Source of the DNA: a virus
Reading direction: 5' to 3' (one strand)
DNA: 64,000 nucleotides
Virus record (IMG/VR): IMGVR_UViG_3300045988_149625
Position numbers and translations under genes: made by a program. The stretch's first letter is position 1. Each line of letters begins with the position of its first letter. A model generated the notes under the pieces. The model was not told the DNA's origin. It saw nothing but the letters and a program-made list of their open reading frames with translations, and made no database searches. This document shows, piece by piece, positions 47,034 to 57,062 of this stretch.

Positions 47034-47247
47034 AATGTTTATATTTCGTTGTAATAATACGATTTTTATGAATGTTATAAGTGTATCTTTAGGTATGGAT
47101 GCTAACCATACACCTGTATTAAAGGTAAAAACATCAGATTTAGATACAGCCATAATTAAAACATATAAAACATCAGAAGATGCTTTGGCAGCCTTTAATA
47201 GAATTTGCAATGAGCTTAAAATTGGCAAGACTTATATTGAGGTGTAA
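47017..47247 (+). CDS. Hypothetical protein
   Basis: 76-aa ORF. Confidence 0.25.
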   Translation: MKGAIKMFIFRCNNTIFMNVISVSLGMDANHTPVLKVKTSDLDTAIIKTYKTSEDALAAFNRICNELKIGKTYIEV

Positions 47248-47350
47248 TAATGGACGAAAGTTACGTATTTTGCTTTTTCACGATTTGTTCCTTCACTTTT
47301 GCGTGTGTCACATTGTATTTTATGTATTTAATGGAAAGAGGTGATAAATA

Positions 47351-47545
47351 ATGTATACTCCAACTAAAACGCCAAACACTTTAAGTGTTAAAATTGTGCA
47401 AGATTTTTTTAAAGATATTAACAAGAAGGGTGCGCCTGTTTTAGTAGTGATTGATAATAAAGAATATGTCTTAGAATGTTTATTAGAGCAAAAAGACAGT
47501 GTTTGTTTATATGCAGGTGAAGTTTATACACGTAAGGGGGTATAA
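47351..47545 (+). CDS. Hypothetical protein
   Basis: 64-aa ORF with an RBS. Confidence 0.25.
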   Translation: MYTPTKTPNTLSVKIVQDFFKDINKKGAPVLVVIDNKEYVLECLLEQKDSVCLYAGEVYTRKGV

Positions 47546-47547
47546 AT

Positions 47548-47994
47548 ATGGAAACTTTAAAACTTTTTAATACTATTATGGACGAATTTTCTAATAAAAC
47601 TGAACAAGAAAATTTCTTTAAAAAATTTGAGGAAGTTGTTGGAAAGCCTGTTATGCAAAAAGCTTTTTATCCAATGTATACATATCTTTACGGCGAGCAT
47701 TTTAATAGTGAGCTTGCAACAGAGGCTGTACAGGGTATGGATAATATAAACGGCACTAAAGGGGAAACTTATACATTCACTGCTTGTGTAGATGCAGCTG
47801 AAAAACTTGGTTTAAGTTGGGAAAAATATAATAAATTTGATTGGTACTTTACACTTAATATGATTGCAAGCGATTATGCAGGTATTGTAGAGGATGTAAA
47901 ATTTGTTGAAATTGCAAAAGCTTGGCTTGAAGATAAAGACGTTCCAGAAGGGAAAGCTTTACGATATTGGTGGAAGGTGGTGAAGTGTAATTGA
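47548..47994 (+). CDS. Hypothetical protein
   Basis: 148-aa ORF. Confidence 0.3.
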   Translation: METLKLFNTIMDEFSNKTEQENFFKKFEEVVGKPVMQKAFYPMYTYLYGEHFNSELATEAVQGMDNINGTKGETYTFTACVDAAEKLGLSWEKYNKFDWYFTLNMIASDYAGIVEDVKFVEIAKAWLEDKDVPEGKALRYWWKVVKCN

Positions 47995-48284
47995 TTACAG
48001 AGTTTCCTTATGATAATACCTTCGATACTATATTTAATAAGATTAAGAATGGGGATACTATTCTAATTACAGATATTGAGGGCAAATTATTTTGGAACAC
48101 AGTACAAGCACATGCACTAGAAAAAGGAGATTCCTATTTAAACGCAAGTAAAGCTAGTTATACTATTTTTGTTTATAAAGACATTACTTGGGGCGCAACT
48201 TTAAATAAGAATGATTCTACAATTAAATTATGCAAGGTGCGGAAAGTAGAATATGTTTATCATGCTTGGGAAGAAGTAGAATAA
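47991..48284 (+). CDS. Hypothetical protein
   Basis: 97-aa ORF, coupled. Confidence 0.3.
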   Translation: MITEFPYDNTFDTIFNKIKNGDTILITDIEGKLFWNTVQAHALEKGDSYLNASKASYTIFVYKDITWGATLNKNDSTIKLCKVRKVEYVYHAWEEVE

Positions 48285-48289
48285 TAAAG

Positions 48290-48324
48290 CGCACTTGACA
48301 TGGTGCGCTTTTTCTGTTATAATA
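48290..48324 (+). promoter_or_regulatory. Overlapping terminator hairpin and consensus promoter (agcgcac-TTGACAtg-gtgcgct-ttttt ... TATAAT)
   Basis: A 7-bp inverted repeat flanks the -35 box and is followed by a T-run. The -10 tataat is at 48319-48324. Confidence 0.5.
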
Positions 48325-48345
48325 AGCGCATAAGGAGGTATTCAT

Positions 48346-48846
48346 ATGAGCGCAGAAGATTATATGTTTGAAAGTGGCGATTGGGCTGATTGGTCATATA
48401 CATATAGCGGATACCATAAGCGCAGACGTTATAAACAATATGATAGTTTTGATTACAGTTTTTACAACAAGTCTTATACTACCAGTGAGCGTAGAGCTTA
48501 TGGGTATAGAAAAGTACGTGCTTTTTATAGGGAGTTTTTAAAAGCACTCCCCTTAGCATTAAAGGAAAAAGCTTTTTATAAGCTTTTTAAACGTAATTTG
48601 CAGTATAGGGCACTTTCCTATACGGAAGATGTGCCAGAACAGTATGAAAATGTTTTTACACGTCTGGTAATTAATTTGGCAACTACAGAAGATTTAACAA
48701 ATGCTTGGTTAAATATGAATGTCTATGAATATTTTAGGAAACTTCCTAGAGTGTTGCAGGAAAGTTTGTTAAAAGGTTTTGTAGATAATTACAACTTAGA
48801 TTTAAGCAAGCTGTCGCATATAAAGGAATATAATATTAATGCTTGA
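48346..48846 (+). CDS. Hypothetical protein
   Basis: 166-aa ORF with an AGGAGG RBS. Confidence 0.35.
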   Translation: MSAEDYMFESGDWADWSYTYSGYHKRRRYKQYDSFDYSFYNKSYTTSERRAYGYRKVRAFYREFLKALPLALKEKAFYKLFKRNLQYRALSYTEDVPEQYENVFTRLVINLATTEDLTNAWLNMNVYEYFRKLPRVLQESLLKGFVDNYNLDLSKLSHIKEYNINA

Positions 48847-48898
48847 CATTCTGTGAGGATTGCGTTATACTTAATATATCAAAGAAAGGGGCAATAAC

Positions 48899-49084
48899 AT
48901 GATTACTGTAAAAGTAACAACTACTAAACAACTATATTCCTTAATTAACTGTTTATTCGAGCTACATAGGAATGAGCTTGAAACGGAGGAAAAGAAGCAG
49001 CTAACGGCTGTGACACTACTCCCATACAATCAATCTATCTATATGCCTGTAGAGCTTTATTTGAAGATAAGGGGGATATTATGA
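48899..49084 (+). CDS. Hypothetical protein
   Basis: 61-aa ORF downstream of promoter TTGACA(48843)-TATACT. Confidence 0.25.
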   Translation: MITVKVTTTKQLYSLINCLFELHRNELETEEKKQLTAVTLLPYNQSIYMPVELYLKIRGIL

Positions 49085-49566
49085 TTTATCTTGTAGCCGA
49101 CACACACTTCAACCATGATATGATGATTGAGAGTGGTTTGCGCCCAAAAGAGTATGAACGAAAGCTTATTAGAAATTGGAATAAGCAGGTAAAAGATGAA
49201 GATATTGTCATTCTCTTAGGGGATATTTCTTGGCGAAATGATTATAGTGTTCTTGAAAAATTGCATGGAAGAAAGATTCTTGTAAGAGGTAATCATGATA
49301 AACATTCCTGCGAGGCTTTTATGAAAGTCTTTGACTTTGCGTGTGATTCGTTTACAATGGACTACAAGGGAATTAATATCATTTTTACGCATAAACCATT
49401 AAAGCGTTTTTCACAAGATGTAAATATTCATGGACATTTACATGATAAACCTGCTTTAAGAGATAAAAGACACATTCTTATTTCCCTGGAAAAAATGGGA
49501 TACTGTGTGTTCCCTTTAAAGGGAATTATTAAGAAGTGGAAAAAGCTTAATATGGAGGGATGCTAA
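49081..49566 (+). CDS. Calcineurin-like metallophosphoesterase
   Basis: VADTHFNHD, LGDISW, GNHDK. Confidence 0.6.
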   Translation: MIYLVADTHFNHDMMIESGLRPKEYERKLIRNWNKQVKDEDIVILLGDISWRNDYSVLEKLHGRKILVRGNHDKHSCEAFMKVFDFACDSFTMDYKGINIIFTHKPLKRFSQDVNIHGHLHDKPALRDKRHILISLEKMGYCVFPLKGIIKKWKKLNMEGC

Positions 49567-50295
49567 TTGATTTATATTACAGGTGATATTCACCAAAATT
49601 TTGATACTTGGAAGTTTGACGGAATTGATTTTAAATCAGAAGATTTCCTAATTATATGCGGAGATTTTGGTTGGGTATGGGCACATTCTTCTTTAAAGAA
49701 GCAAGTCTTAGATGAGAAGAAAAGACTACGTGCTTTTGTTCAAAAGCTGAAATGTACAGTGCTTTTCTGTGACGGAAACCACGAAAACTTTGCAAGATTG
49801 AATGATTATAAAGAATTTCCAGTTACAAAGCGTTGGGGTGGTAAGGTACAAAAACTATGTAATAAATGTTATCATTTAGTACGTGGTGAAAGCTTCCTCA
49901 TTGACGGCAAAAAATTCCTTGCTTTAGGTGGAGCGGAGTCACATGATAAATTTCTTAGAACGCCAAATTTATCATGGTGGGAACAAGAAACGATTGAGGA
50001 TGCAGAAGTTGAAAACGCTATAAAAAATTCTGACAATGTAGATTGTGTTATAACACATTGTTGTCCTACATCTATTCTTACAGATTTATATGCAGCAAGG
50101 TGTATTGACAGTGTGCAGCCTACACTTTCCACGGAACAATTAGAAAAGTTGTATAAACATTTATGTACTAAAAATCATAAATTTAAATGGTTCTTTGGAC
50201 ATTATCATTTTGATAGGAATTTTACAAAGGGAGCAGGAGATTTCTATTTACTGTATGATGCAATTTATTGTTTAGATACAGACAGCCATTTTTAA
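49567..50295 (+). CDS. Calcineurin-like metallophosphoesterase (second, tandem)
   Basis: TGDIHQN, CGDFGW, GNHENF. Confidence 0.6.
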   Translation: MIYITGDIHQNFDTWKFDGIDFKSEDFLIICGDFGWVWAHSSLKKQVLDEKKRLRAFVQKLKCTVLFCDGNHENFARLNDYKEFPVTKRWGGKVQKLCNKCYHLVRGESFLIDGKKFLALGGAESHDKFLRTPNLSWWEQETIEDAEVENAIKNSDNVDCVITHCCPTSILTDLYAARCIDSVQPTLSTEQLEKLYKHLCTKNHKFKWFFGHYHFDRNFTKGAGDFYLLYDAIYCLDTDSHF

Positions 50296-50353
50296 TTGAC
50301 AATCCCCCTTTGACGTGTTAGACTGATAAGGGGAATTTTTATAGGAGGTTAGA

Positions 50354-50539
50354 ATGAATTACGTTATCTTTATTTTAATTCTATGTATGGCAGCTATTGT
50401 TATTCTTACATTTAAAGCGCACCTTTTTATAAGCGGCGTTTTTGCAGCAATATGTTTGTATCGAATAATTTTTGAAGCTTTTTCAAAAATAAGTGTTGAC
50501 AAACAGTTTGTAAGATGCTATAATAAACACATCAAATGA
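50354..50539 (+). CDS. Small membrane protein
   Basis: 61 aa with two hydrophobic helices. Confidence 0.3.
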   Translation: MNYVIFILILCMAAIVILTFKAHLFISGVFAAICLYRIIFEAFSKISVDKQFVRCYNKHIK

Positions 50540-50557
50540 AAGCGAGGTAATTTAACA

Positions 50558-51025
50558 ATGAGAGCAGACACATTTATTATTGTAGATATTACTTTTAACG
50601 GAGCGCATGAAAGCCTTGACCTGCTTGATTATCTTGATTGGGATGAGTTGAAAGTAGACTTGAAACACATCTTTAATGTTAAGAATGTAGACGGAGTTGA
50701 AGGAGTTATTACAAAGACTTCCTTCGGCGATATGGGTGGTAATGTAACTCTTGAAAACGCTATGAACTTCTTGGAATATGCTTATGATAATTATGATACA
50801 GACCTTATCGACGCATTATTTTATGCGACACCTTATAACTTCCTTTGTTGGAGCTGCAATGACTTAGATTACGAGGTAAGACATTGCAAGTTTTATGGCA
50901 AAGATTTAATCTCTTATGTTTACGATGATGAAGCAAGAGTAAGTAGTAGCTTGCGTAATAAGGTGTACAATGAAATTGCTGAAAACGTAGAGGAAACGCC
51001 TTGGGGGTACATTGATATTGAATAA
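50558..51025 (+). CDS. Hypothetical acidic protein
   Basis: 155-aa ORF after promoter TTGACA(50496)-TATAAT. Confidence 0.35.
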   Translation: MRADTFIIVDITFNGAHESLDLLDYLDWDELKVDLKHIFNVKNVDGVEGVITKTSFGDMGGNVTLENAMNFLEYAYDNYDTDLIDALFYATPYNFLCWSCNDLDYEVRHCKFYGKDLISYVYDDEARVSSSLRNKVYNEIAENVEETPWGYIDIE

Positions 51026-51178
51026 ATTATTGTTGGCTATATACTTTGTGTTTATTTTATTGACTTCCCAAATCTCTCTGTGGATGATTTACCACGGAGA
51101 GTATTTGGTAGGAGCATTTTATATACCTTTTATCCTTTTCGGTATTTATGATTTTGTAGAAGAATTGGGGGAATTAAA

Positions 51179-51418
51179 TTGAAAAACGACGTTAAAGAGA
51201 AAGCATTTTTGAAACTTCATCATAGCTTGCTTGCTTTAGAACGTGCTTACCAGGTGCGCAGGAACTATAAAGCAGCTGGAAAGACTGATACACCCATGTA
51301 TAGAGGAAATGAAGCAGCAATCTCCAAAAGACTTATTGAAATTAATTGTTTAATGGAACTTTTTGATTTAAACCTTAAAAATCATTTGGAGTTGTTATAC
51401 GATATGTACAATGATTAG
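51179..51418 (+). CDS. Hypothetical protein
   Basis: 79-aa ORF. Confidence 0.3.
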   Translation: MKNDVKEKAFLKLHHSLLALERAYQVRRNYKAAGKTDTPMYRGNEAAISKRLIEINCLMELFDLNLKNHLELLYDMYND

Positions 51419-51561
51419 AACTTATGCGGTAATTATTTTACCGCATTTTTTCTTGCAAATTTATAAAAAAGTGCTTGACAGTATGCAAAAACTATGGTAT
51501 TATATAGTCAAGGTAGTTAAAGGAAATAAACGTGCTACCAATTACATAAGGAGGCTATTAA

Positions 51562-51789
51562 ATGAAAACGAAGCAGAACAAAAAGCACATTGTAAACGTG
51601 CAGAGTGAAAGACAGATGATTCCAATTAAATCTAAAATTGAGAACGAATTGCACAGTTATGTACTAATAGATAAAAGCAATGCAATTATTGTAAGAGGAC
51701 GTGAGGACAAAATAGAATACACTATTATTGATAGCGGAAGAATTGCTTACACACAATCAAGATATAGAGAAGTATGGGATAATGAATGA
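51562..51789 (+). CDS. Small protein, KKHIV-family paralogue A
   Basis: N-terminus MKTKQNKKHIV. It is a paralogue of the ORF at 51877. Promoter TTGACA 51475. Confidence 0.35.
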   Translation: MKTKQNKKHIVNVQSERQMIPIKSKIENELHSYVLIDKSNAIIVRGREDKIEYTIIDSGRIAYTQSRYREVWDNE

Positions 51790-51876
51790 ACTTTTATCGG
51801 TACTACCGCTTCGGCGGTGGTACTCATTAAGAGCTTATTAAACTCTTAAACTTAATAATTAGGAGGCGCAAAACAA

Positions 51877-52089
51877 ATGAAAAGACGACAAACTAAAAAG
51901 CACATTGTAGAACCAGAAAAAATAGGCTACAAAAAACAAAGTAGCAGCAGCGGCTATATTATCAAAAAGTACACACGCATGTATAACTGCTATCGAGGGG
52001 ATTATACAGTAATAGTTAGTAACTACGCTACACTTAATGTCCTGCATTTATACGGCAATCATGCAGATGTACATTTATACCGCTATTAA
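51877..52089 (+). CDS. Small protein, KKHIV-family paralogue B
   Basis: N-terminus MKRRQTKKHIV. Confidence 0.35.
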   Translation: MKRRQTKKHIVEPEKIGYKKQSSSSGYIIKKYTRMYNCYRGDYTVIVSNYATLNVLHLYGNHADVHLYRY

Positions 52090-52109
52090 AGGAGGGGAGG
52101 CTATAAGAA

Positions 52110-52277
52110 ATGAAAGTAGTTTTAATGAAGGGTAATAGAGCTGTAATAAGTTATAAAGTATCTATGCTAAAGTCTATTAAATTTGATAATGATAACTTAA
52201 TGTACATAGTGGAATTTAATGACGGCAGGAAACACCTTATTTCCGCATATAACCATTATTTTGATTTTGTGGATTGA
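52110..52277 (+). CDS. Hypothetical small protein (56 aa, not in ORF track)
   Basis: atgaaagtagtt...tga with a GGAGG RBS. Confidence 0.25.
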   Translation: MKVVLMKGNRAVISYKVSMLKSIKFDNDNLMYIVEFNDGRKHLISAYNHYFDFVD

Positions 52278-52333
52278 CAAGCAGCGAAAAGTATTGTATA
52301 ATCATTGTATAATCATTTTAGGAGGTATGAAAC

Positions 52334-52597
52334 ATGGCAAGACCAATTAACAGTAAGAACAAAACACAAGGAAAGAAAATCTTTTTAACCCTGGCTGACG
52401 GCTCTAATTTATGGCAAGTTAGCATGACTTATACAGGAGGACACTTCTGTGTAACACACTACTTTGACGGCTTTCCAGATAAGCAGGAACGTTTGAAGCA
52501 AGCAGAAGCTTTAAAGCTTTTGCAAGACTTTTCAGATTTTGGAATTAAGGATATTCCTACACTGAAAAATTTCTTCAAAGTACGTGAAAAATGCTAA
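52334..52597 (+). CDS. Hypothetical protein
   Basis: 87-aa ORF after promoter TTGACA(52274)-TATAAT and an AGGAGG RBS. Confidence 0.35.
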   Translation: MARPINSKNKTQGKKIFLTLADGSNLWQVSMTYTGGHFCVTHYFDGFPDKQERLKQAEALKLLQDFSDFGIKDIPTLKNFFKVREKC

Positions 52598-53027
52598 TTG
52601 TGTTTTTGGGGGCGCATTGAAATTTTGAAAAAAAAAATTGCTAGAATCATAAATAAGTCATTGACAAGTGTGTCAATTACTGTTATAATATAGTCAAGTT
52701 AAGGGAATAAACTGAATACAGAGGAGGAAACAACGATGTTGCAATAAATTAAAAATAATGTTTATAATGCGGAAATAGTAGTAAGCGACGGCGAAAATCG
52801 CTACGCAGTATTCGAGCCAGATTGGAACGGCGAATATTGGGAAGCAATACTTTGCACGGAAAGCGGCAACATTGTCAAAGGTAAAACTGTAAGATTGTTC
52901 CCAGTGCAGGAGTACAATGAAGAACATGATGTATGGGAAATAGTTGGTTATGAAGTTAGATAATGCCTAGCTATAAACCACCACCACCACAGCGCAAGCA
53001 GTGCTATTACGAAAGGAGAGAGAAAAC

Positions 53028-53249
53028 ATGAAATATTATTATATTGAACGTATCAACACACAGGACGGCAGCCGTAATGGGTTCTATATCCAAAAGGCAG
53101 CTAATCTAGAAAAAGTCCTTTTTGCCTTTGACGAGGGCGAAAGCGACGGCGGCTTATACGCACCGCATATTGCCGAAATCACTGAAGCAGAATTTAATAA
53201 TTTTCCGCATTTTATTCCCCAAAATTGGGTATATGGAATGGAGAACTGA
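53028..53249 (+). CDS. Hypothetical protein
   Basis: Starts MKYYYIERINTQDG. The start was trimmed from ORF 53001. Confidence 0.3.
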   Translation: MKYYYIERINTQDGSRNGFYIQKAANLEKVLFAFDEGESDGGLYAPHIAEITEAEFNNFPHFIPQNWVYGMEN

Positions 53250-53346
53250 TATTTTATATAAAAAGTGCTTGACTTATTCATGGAAGTATGCTACAATATA
53301 ATCAAGGTTAGAGATAACCTACAATAAAGAAAAGGGGTAATTTAAC

Positions 53347-53898
53347 ATGAAAAACGATTACAAGAAAATTCAAGAGAAAATTGAGAAGGCTGTTGTAAAG
53401 CATCTTGATAGCGTAGTGACAAACACTGTTGAGCGCAATTCAATCTTATACAGTGATTATAATGAGTATGTACTTATGACCGCTTTTAACCACCAGGAAT
53501 ATTTCATTCCGAAAGATGAAGTGGTAGATTCAACAGTAATTGCTTATGGACAGAAGGACATTGATTCTATGGTCGGCTTGACTGATAGGGTTATGAAGCA
53601 AGCAACGTGTGTATTGAAATACTTAGGTGTATATAAAGGCTACAAAAAAGAATACGTTCTGTTTGAAGGCGAAAATGATAATGGTTCTTACATGGTAGCT
53701 ATTGACAAGAAAAACATTGCAGCTATTAAATATGATACAGTTTATGGCAGCGGTTCTAAACAGCCTGCATTATTTTATAATGAAGGTATTCCAGTGCTTT
53801 TGCAAGCTCCGTGTGTTTTGTCAAAAGAGAACTTAGAGGATATTAATGAAGATTTAAAGCATCTTAGAGCTATTAAACATTTCAAAATTAAACTGTAA
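53347..53898 (+). CDS. Hypothetical protein
   Basis: 183-aa ORF after the promoter at 53268. Confidence 0.35.
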   Translation: MKNDYKKIQEKIEKAVVKHLDSVVTNTVERNSILYSDYNEYVLMTAFNHQEYFIPKDEVVDSTVIAYGQKDIDSMVGLTDRVMKQATCVLKYLGVYKGYKKEYVLFEGENDNGSYMVAIDKKNIAAIKYDTVYGSGSKQPALFYNEGIPVLLQAPCVLSKENLEDINEDLKHLRAIKHFKIKL

Positions 53899-54040
53899 TA
53901 TTATTGGAGAGTAGTATATACTACTCTCTTTTCTTTTTGGGGCGATATTTTCAGAATATTAAATCACGAAAAAGTAGTTGACAGTGCTCTTATAGCATGG
54001 TATAATATAACCAACAAAGGGGCAAGGGGGTAAATTAGAA

Positions 54041-54283
54041 ATGAAAACTTTTAAATTAAACAATCGTAGGCCTTTGGCAACGCTTTCCTTATCTGCATTT
54101 TATGCTTTAGGAATCTTTGACACAAATGATGTACAGTGTGACGAAGTATTAGTTGCATTTTATAATGATGAAGAACGTGGGAAGCTGACATGGTGTAAGC
54201 TTTACGAAAATGCGGAAGGTGATGTCTTTTTTAAAAAATTCGGAAAAAGATATTACTTAAAAGATTTTTTAAAAACACCTTGA
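54041..54283 (+). CDS. Hypothetical protein
   Basis: 80-aa ORF after the promoter at 53978. Confidence 0.3.
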   Translation: MKTFKLNNRRPLATLSLSAFYALGIFDTNDVQCDEVLVAFYNDEERGKLTWCKLYENAEGDVFFKKFGKRYYLKDFLKTP

Positions 54284-54340
54284 CAGTTATCAAAAACTAT
54301 GCTATAATGAATACAACAAATGAAAGTGAGGTACTTAAAC

Positions 54341-54697
54341 ATGAATGAAAAAGAGATTTTAAAGATTTTGCAAGAAACACAAGATTTTGATTATGAAAAT
54401 CTTGTAAAAGTATGGAACTCATATTGTGAGGAAAGAGGTTATCTTGAAAACAAAATCTATAAGAACACTGTAGAAAATCTTGTAGCTTTGCTGCCCGAAA
54501 ATCCGTTAGATGCGTTCTTAATGGGGCAATATGTAGGCGATACATATTTTCAAACTGATATGTGGTTGGCTGTTGACGAAAATAACAATGTATTCTCATT
54601 AACAGATGATATGTTGCTGGATAGTGCAATAAATATTTATAATTTGGCAATCTATATTGCTAATTTTAATGCGGATAAACAGAGAGAGAAATTTTAG
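54341..54697 (+). CDS. Hypothetical protein
   Basis: Starts MNEKEILK. Trimmed from ORF 54320 to lie downstream of the promoter at 54280. Confidence 0.3.
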   Translation: MNEKEILKILQETQDFDYENLVKVWNSYCEERGYLENKIYKNTVENLVALLPENPLDAFLMGQYVGDTYFQTDMWLAVDENNNVFSLTDDMLLDSAINIYNLAIYIANFNADKQREKF

Positions 54698-54723
54698 ACG
54701 AATTATTTTAAGGAGGCTGTATT

Positions 54724-55158
54724 ATGTGGTTTGAAGTAATTGTGAAAGATGCTGAAAAGGAAATTAAGCTTTCCTTGCCGTGTGATGAGCAGGAATTAAA
54801 AGACAGCTATACTATTGTAAGCTGTGAAAATAGCTGGGATTATGAGAATGCGGATTTGACTTTGAAAGAGCTGAATAATCTTGCGCAAGATTTGCAAGAT
54901 ATTGAGGATAACGGCGATGAAGATTGGCTTGAAGCTTATATTGAAGCTACTGGCTGTGATTTAAATATTGCCGTTGATAAATATGATACATCGACTTTTT
55001 ATCATGATATGAGCTTGGTAGACGTTGCATATGATATTGTAGAAGAGTGTTACAACCTGCCAGAGAACTTAGAGCGTTATTTTGATTATGAAGCTTTTGC
55101 AAGAGATTTGGAGATTGAAGGTTATACAGAAACATACTATGGAACTATTTTAGTTTAA
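54724..55158 (+). CDS. Hypothetical acidic protein
   Basis: 144 aa, Asp/Glu-rich. Confidence 0.3.
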   Translation: MWFEVIVKDAEKEIKLSLPCDEQELKDSYTIVSCENSWDYENADLTLKELNNLAQDLQDIEDNGDEDWLEAYIEATGCDLNIAVDKYDTSTFYHDMSLVDVAYDIVEECYNLPENLERYFDYEAFARDLEIEGYTETYYGTILV

Positions 55159-55290
55159 TAACTTGTGTATATTTGCAGGGTACAAATTTTGTGCCTTGCA
55201 GAAGTTATATAAATTATTTATGAAAAACACTTGACAGTGTGTTGTTTATATGGTAATATATAACTAACGAAAGGTAAGGAGGTAATAATC

Positions 55291-55677
55291 ATGTTATTCG
55301 ATTTTTATTATGGTGAAGCAGAAAAAATGTCACCTACTGTTTATGAAGGTTTACCTATTTACAGTGAATCTGACTTAATTTCCCTCATTAGAGAGAAGTG
55401 CGATGATGATTTGGCAGAAGCTGTACAGCGTTATGTAGACTCTTTGAAGGCACAAGCAGCACCTGCACCGCAACAAAAAGACAGTGATGAGGACGCTTAT
55501 TTGGCAATGTTGGAAAGTCGCTGCACACAATTACAAGATGTAGAAGAGGAAATTAGAGATATAGAAGATATTCTCTTTGACCAACTTTATAATCAAAAAC
55601 GTACTAATAGAAAAGCTTTAGAAAAAGCTTGCGATAGCCTGGGCGACTTGCGGGAAAGTATTCACGAAAGTTTATAA
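55291..55677 (+). CDS. Hypothetical acidic protein
   Basis: 128-aa ORF after the promoter at 55231. Confidence 0.3.
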   Translation: MLFDFYYGEAEKMSPTVYEGLPIYSESDLISLIREKCDDDLAEAVQRYVDSLKAQAAPAPQQKDSDEDAYLAMLESRCTQLQDVEEEIRDIEDILFDQLYNQKRTNRKALEKACDSLGDLRESIHESL

Positions 55678-55747
55678 AAAAAATAGTTGACAAACAATTC
55701 ATTGTATAGTAAAATATAAACAACGAAAGACAAGGAGGACAATAAAC

Positions 55748-56029
55748 ATGACAATTTTTGAAGAAAGATTAATGGGTTTTGTGCTTGAAGGTGTTTCCTT
55801 TGAAGATTTCCCGCTTAGCGATATTAAGGTAATTTGTACCGATGTTTATGGAAATCGTACAATCGTGCTTGTTGGCGATTATGGTAAATCTACATTTGCT
55901 TGCAAGCCTGCTTTTTCGGACATATGGTTAATTTCGTATGACTGTATGGAAGGTGAAACAGAAAATTATGTAGAAGCTGTTCTTCACAGGATTTTGGCTA
56001 CACACGGAAAAACTTTTAAATATCTGTAA
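55748..56029 (+). CDS. Hypothetical protein
   Basis: 93-aa ORF after the promoter at 55685. Confidence 0.3.
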   Translation: MTIFEERLMGFVLEGVSFEDFPLSDIKVICTDVYGNRTIVLVGDYGKSTFACKPAFSDIWLISYDCMEGETENYVEAVLHRILATHGKTFKYL

Positions 56030-56097
56030 AAAAGTGCTTGACAACTTGTTGGCTATATGTTATTATATAGCCAACAAGATAAAAGGGGGTACTAAAC

Positions 56098-56391
56098 ATG
56101 TACACAAGAAGAATAATTATAGTCGACAACGGATTTGCCCATGCACTTATGGGCAAGGATATTGACAAAGTTGTTGCAGGCTTGCAGGAGGCTGCAAAAC
56201 AAATCGGCTTTGCAGCAAGCTTTGATGCAAGCTTTGCAAAGGTCAATTTCTGGGGGCAACACTACTCTAAAGAGCGTCAAGTGCTTTATCCCTTTGACGT
56301 TAGATTTTTCAATGGTGTTGAGAATATCCGTATCTATGGAAAAAGCAATGAAAAAAACATCATTGAAGAAGTAAAAATTATAACTTTTTAG
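56098..56391 (+). CDS. Hypothetical protein
   Basis: 97-aa ORF after the promoter at 56037. Confidence 0.3.
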   Translation: MYTRRIIIVDNGFAHALMGKDIDKVVAGLQEAAKQIGFAASFDASFAKVNFWGQHYSKERQVLYPFDVRFFNGVENIRIYGKSNEKNIIEEVKIITF

Positions 56392-56445
56392 TTGACATTG
56401 CCTAAAAAGTATGATATTATAGATACAACAAAGGGAGGTAATAAA

Positions 56446-56736
56446 ATGAAAATTTTCGATTGGCAAGATATTCCGATGATTGGTAAGAACGTATATGACG
56501 TGTTTGATGAGCTTTTTTACCGCTCCGAAAAAGCAGGTATGGAAACACAAGATAACAACGTCATTATGGACGTTGCAATTTTAAATACATACCTTTGGAA
56601 TTGTCTTTACACTGAAGCTCCAAAGGATAAATTGGTAGACTTCCAGATTGACTTTTTTGACGGCGAACAAGGTGTTATCCTTTATGGAAAATGTCATTAT
56701 GTTGGCGGCAAGATTGAATCGGTAAAAATTGGATAA
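56446..56736 (+). CDS. Hypothetical protein
   Basis: Starts MKIFDWQD after the promoter at 56392. Trimmed from ORF 56392. Confidence 0.3.
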   Translation: MKIFDWQDIPMIGKNVYDVFDELFYRSEKAGMETQDNNVIMDVAILNTYLWNCLYTEAPKDKLVDFQIDFFDGEQGVILYGKCHYVGGKIESVKIG

Positions 56737-56806
56737 AAAAGTGCTTGACAATTAATTAAGCATGTGTTATAATATGTACAACAAAAGAAATTGGAGGTAA
56801 TTTAAC

Positions 56807-57049
56807 ATGATTAAAGATTTTAATTACAAAGGTGCTGCAAAGTTGGCGGTATGCGAATTTCTTGGCAATGACATTAACGGCAATGGTCGTTACAGAGTTG
56901 TTGTTATCATTGATAACAAGGTGTACACGGCAAGCGGTAAAGGTTATTACCGCAGTTATGAAACATCTAACGGCGATACCTTGCGTGATGTAAAAGTTGC
57001 AATCCGCCGCATGAAGGGCGGCAATTATCGCCTGGACGATTTAGAATAA
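56807..57049 (+). CDS. Hypothetical protein
   Basis: 80-aa ORF after the promoter at 56745. Confidence 0.3.
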   Translation: MIKDFNYKGAAKLAVCEFLGNDINGNGRYRVVVIIDNKVYTASGKGYYRSYETSNGDTLRDVKVAIRRMKGGNYRLDDLE

Positions 57050-57062
57050 AATTTTGAACTCC

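Noticed and set aside
51411-51608. 65-aa ORF spanning the promoter at 51475
   Set aside because: A consensus promoter (-35 and -10) and the RBS of the downstream gene lie inside it, so it is more likely non-coding.
56092-56550. Minus-strand 152-aa ORF and + frame ORF 56135..56374 overlapping the early genes at 56098 and 56446
   Set aside because: They sit across two promoter-driven + strand genes with no translation signals of their own, so they are spurious.
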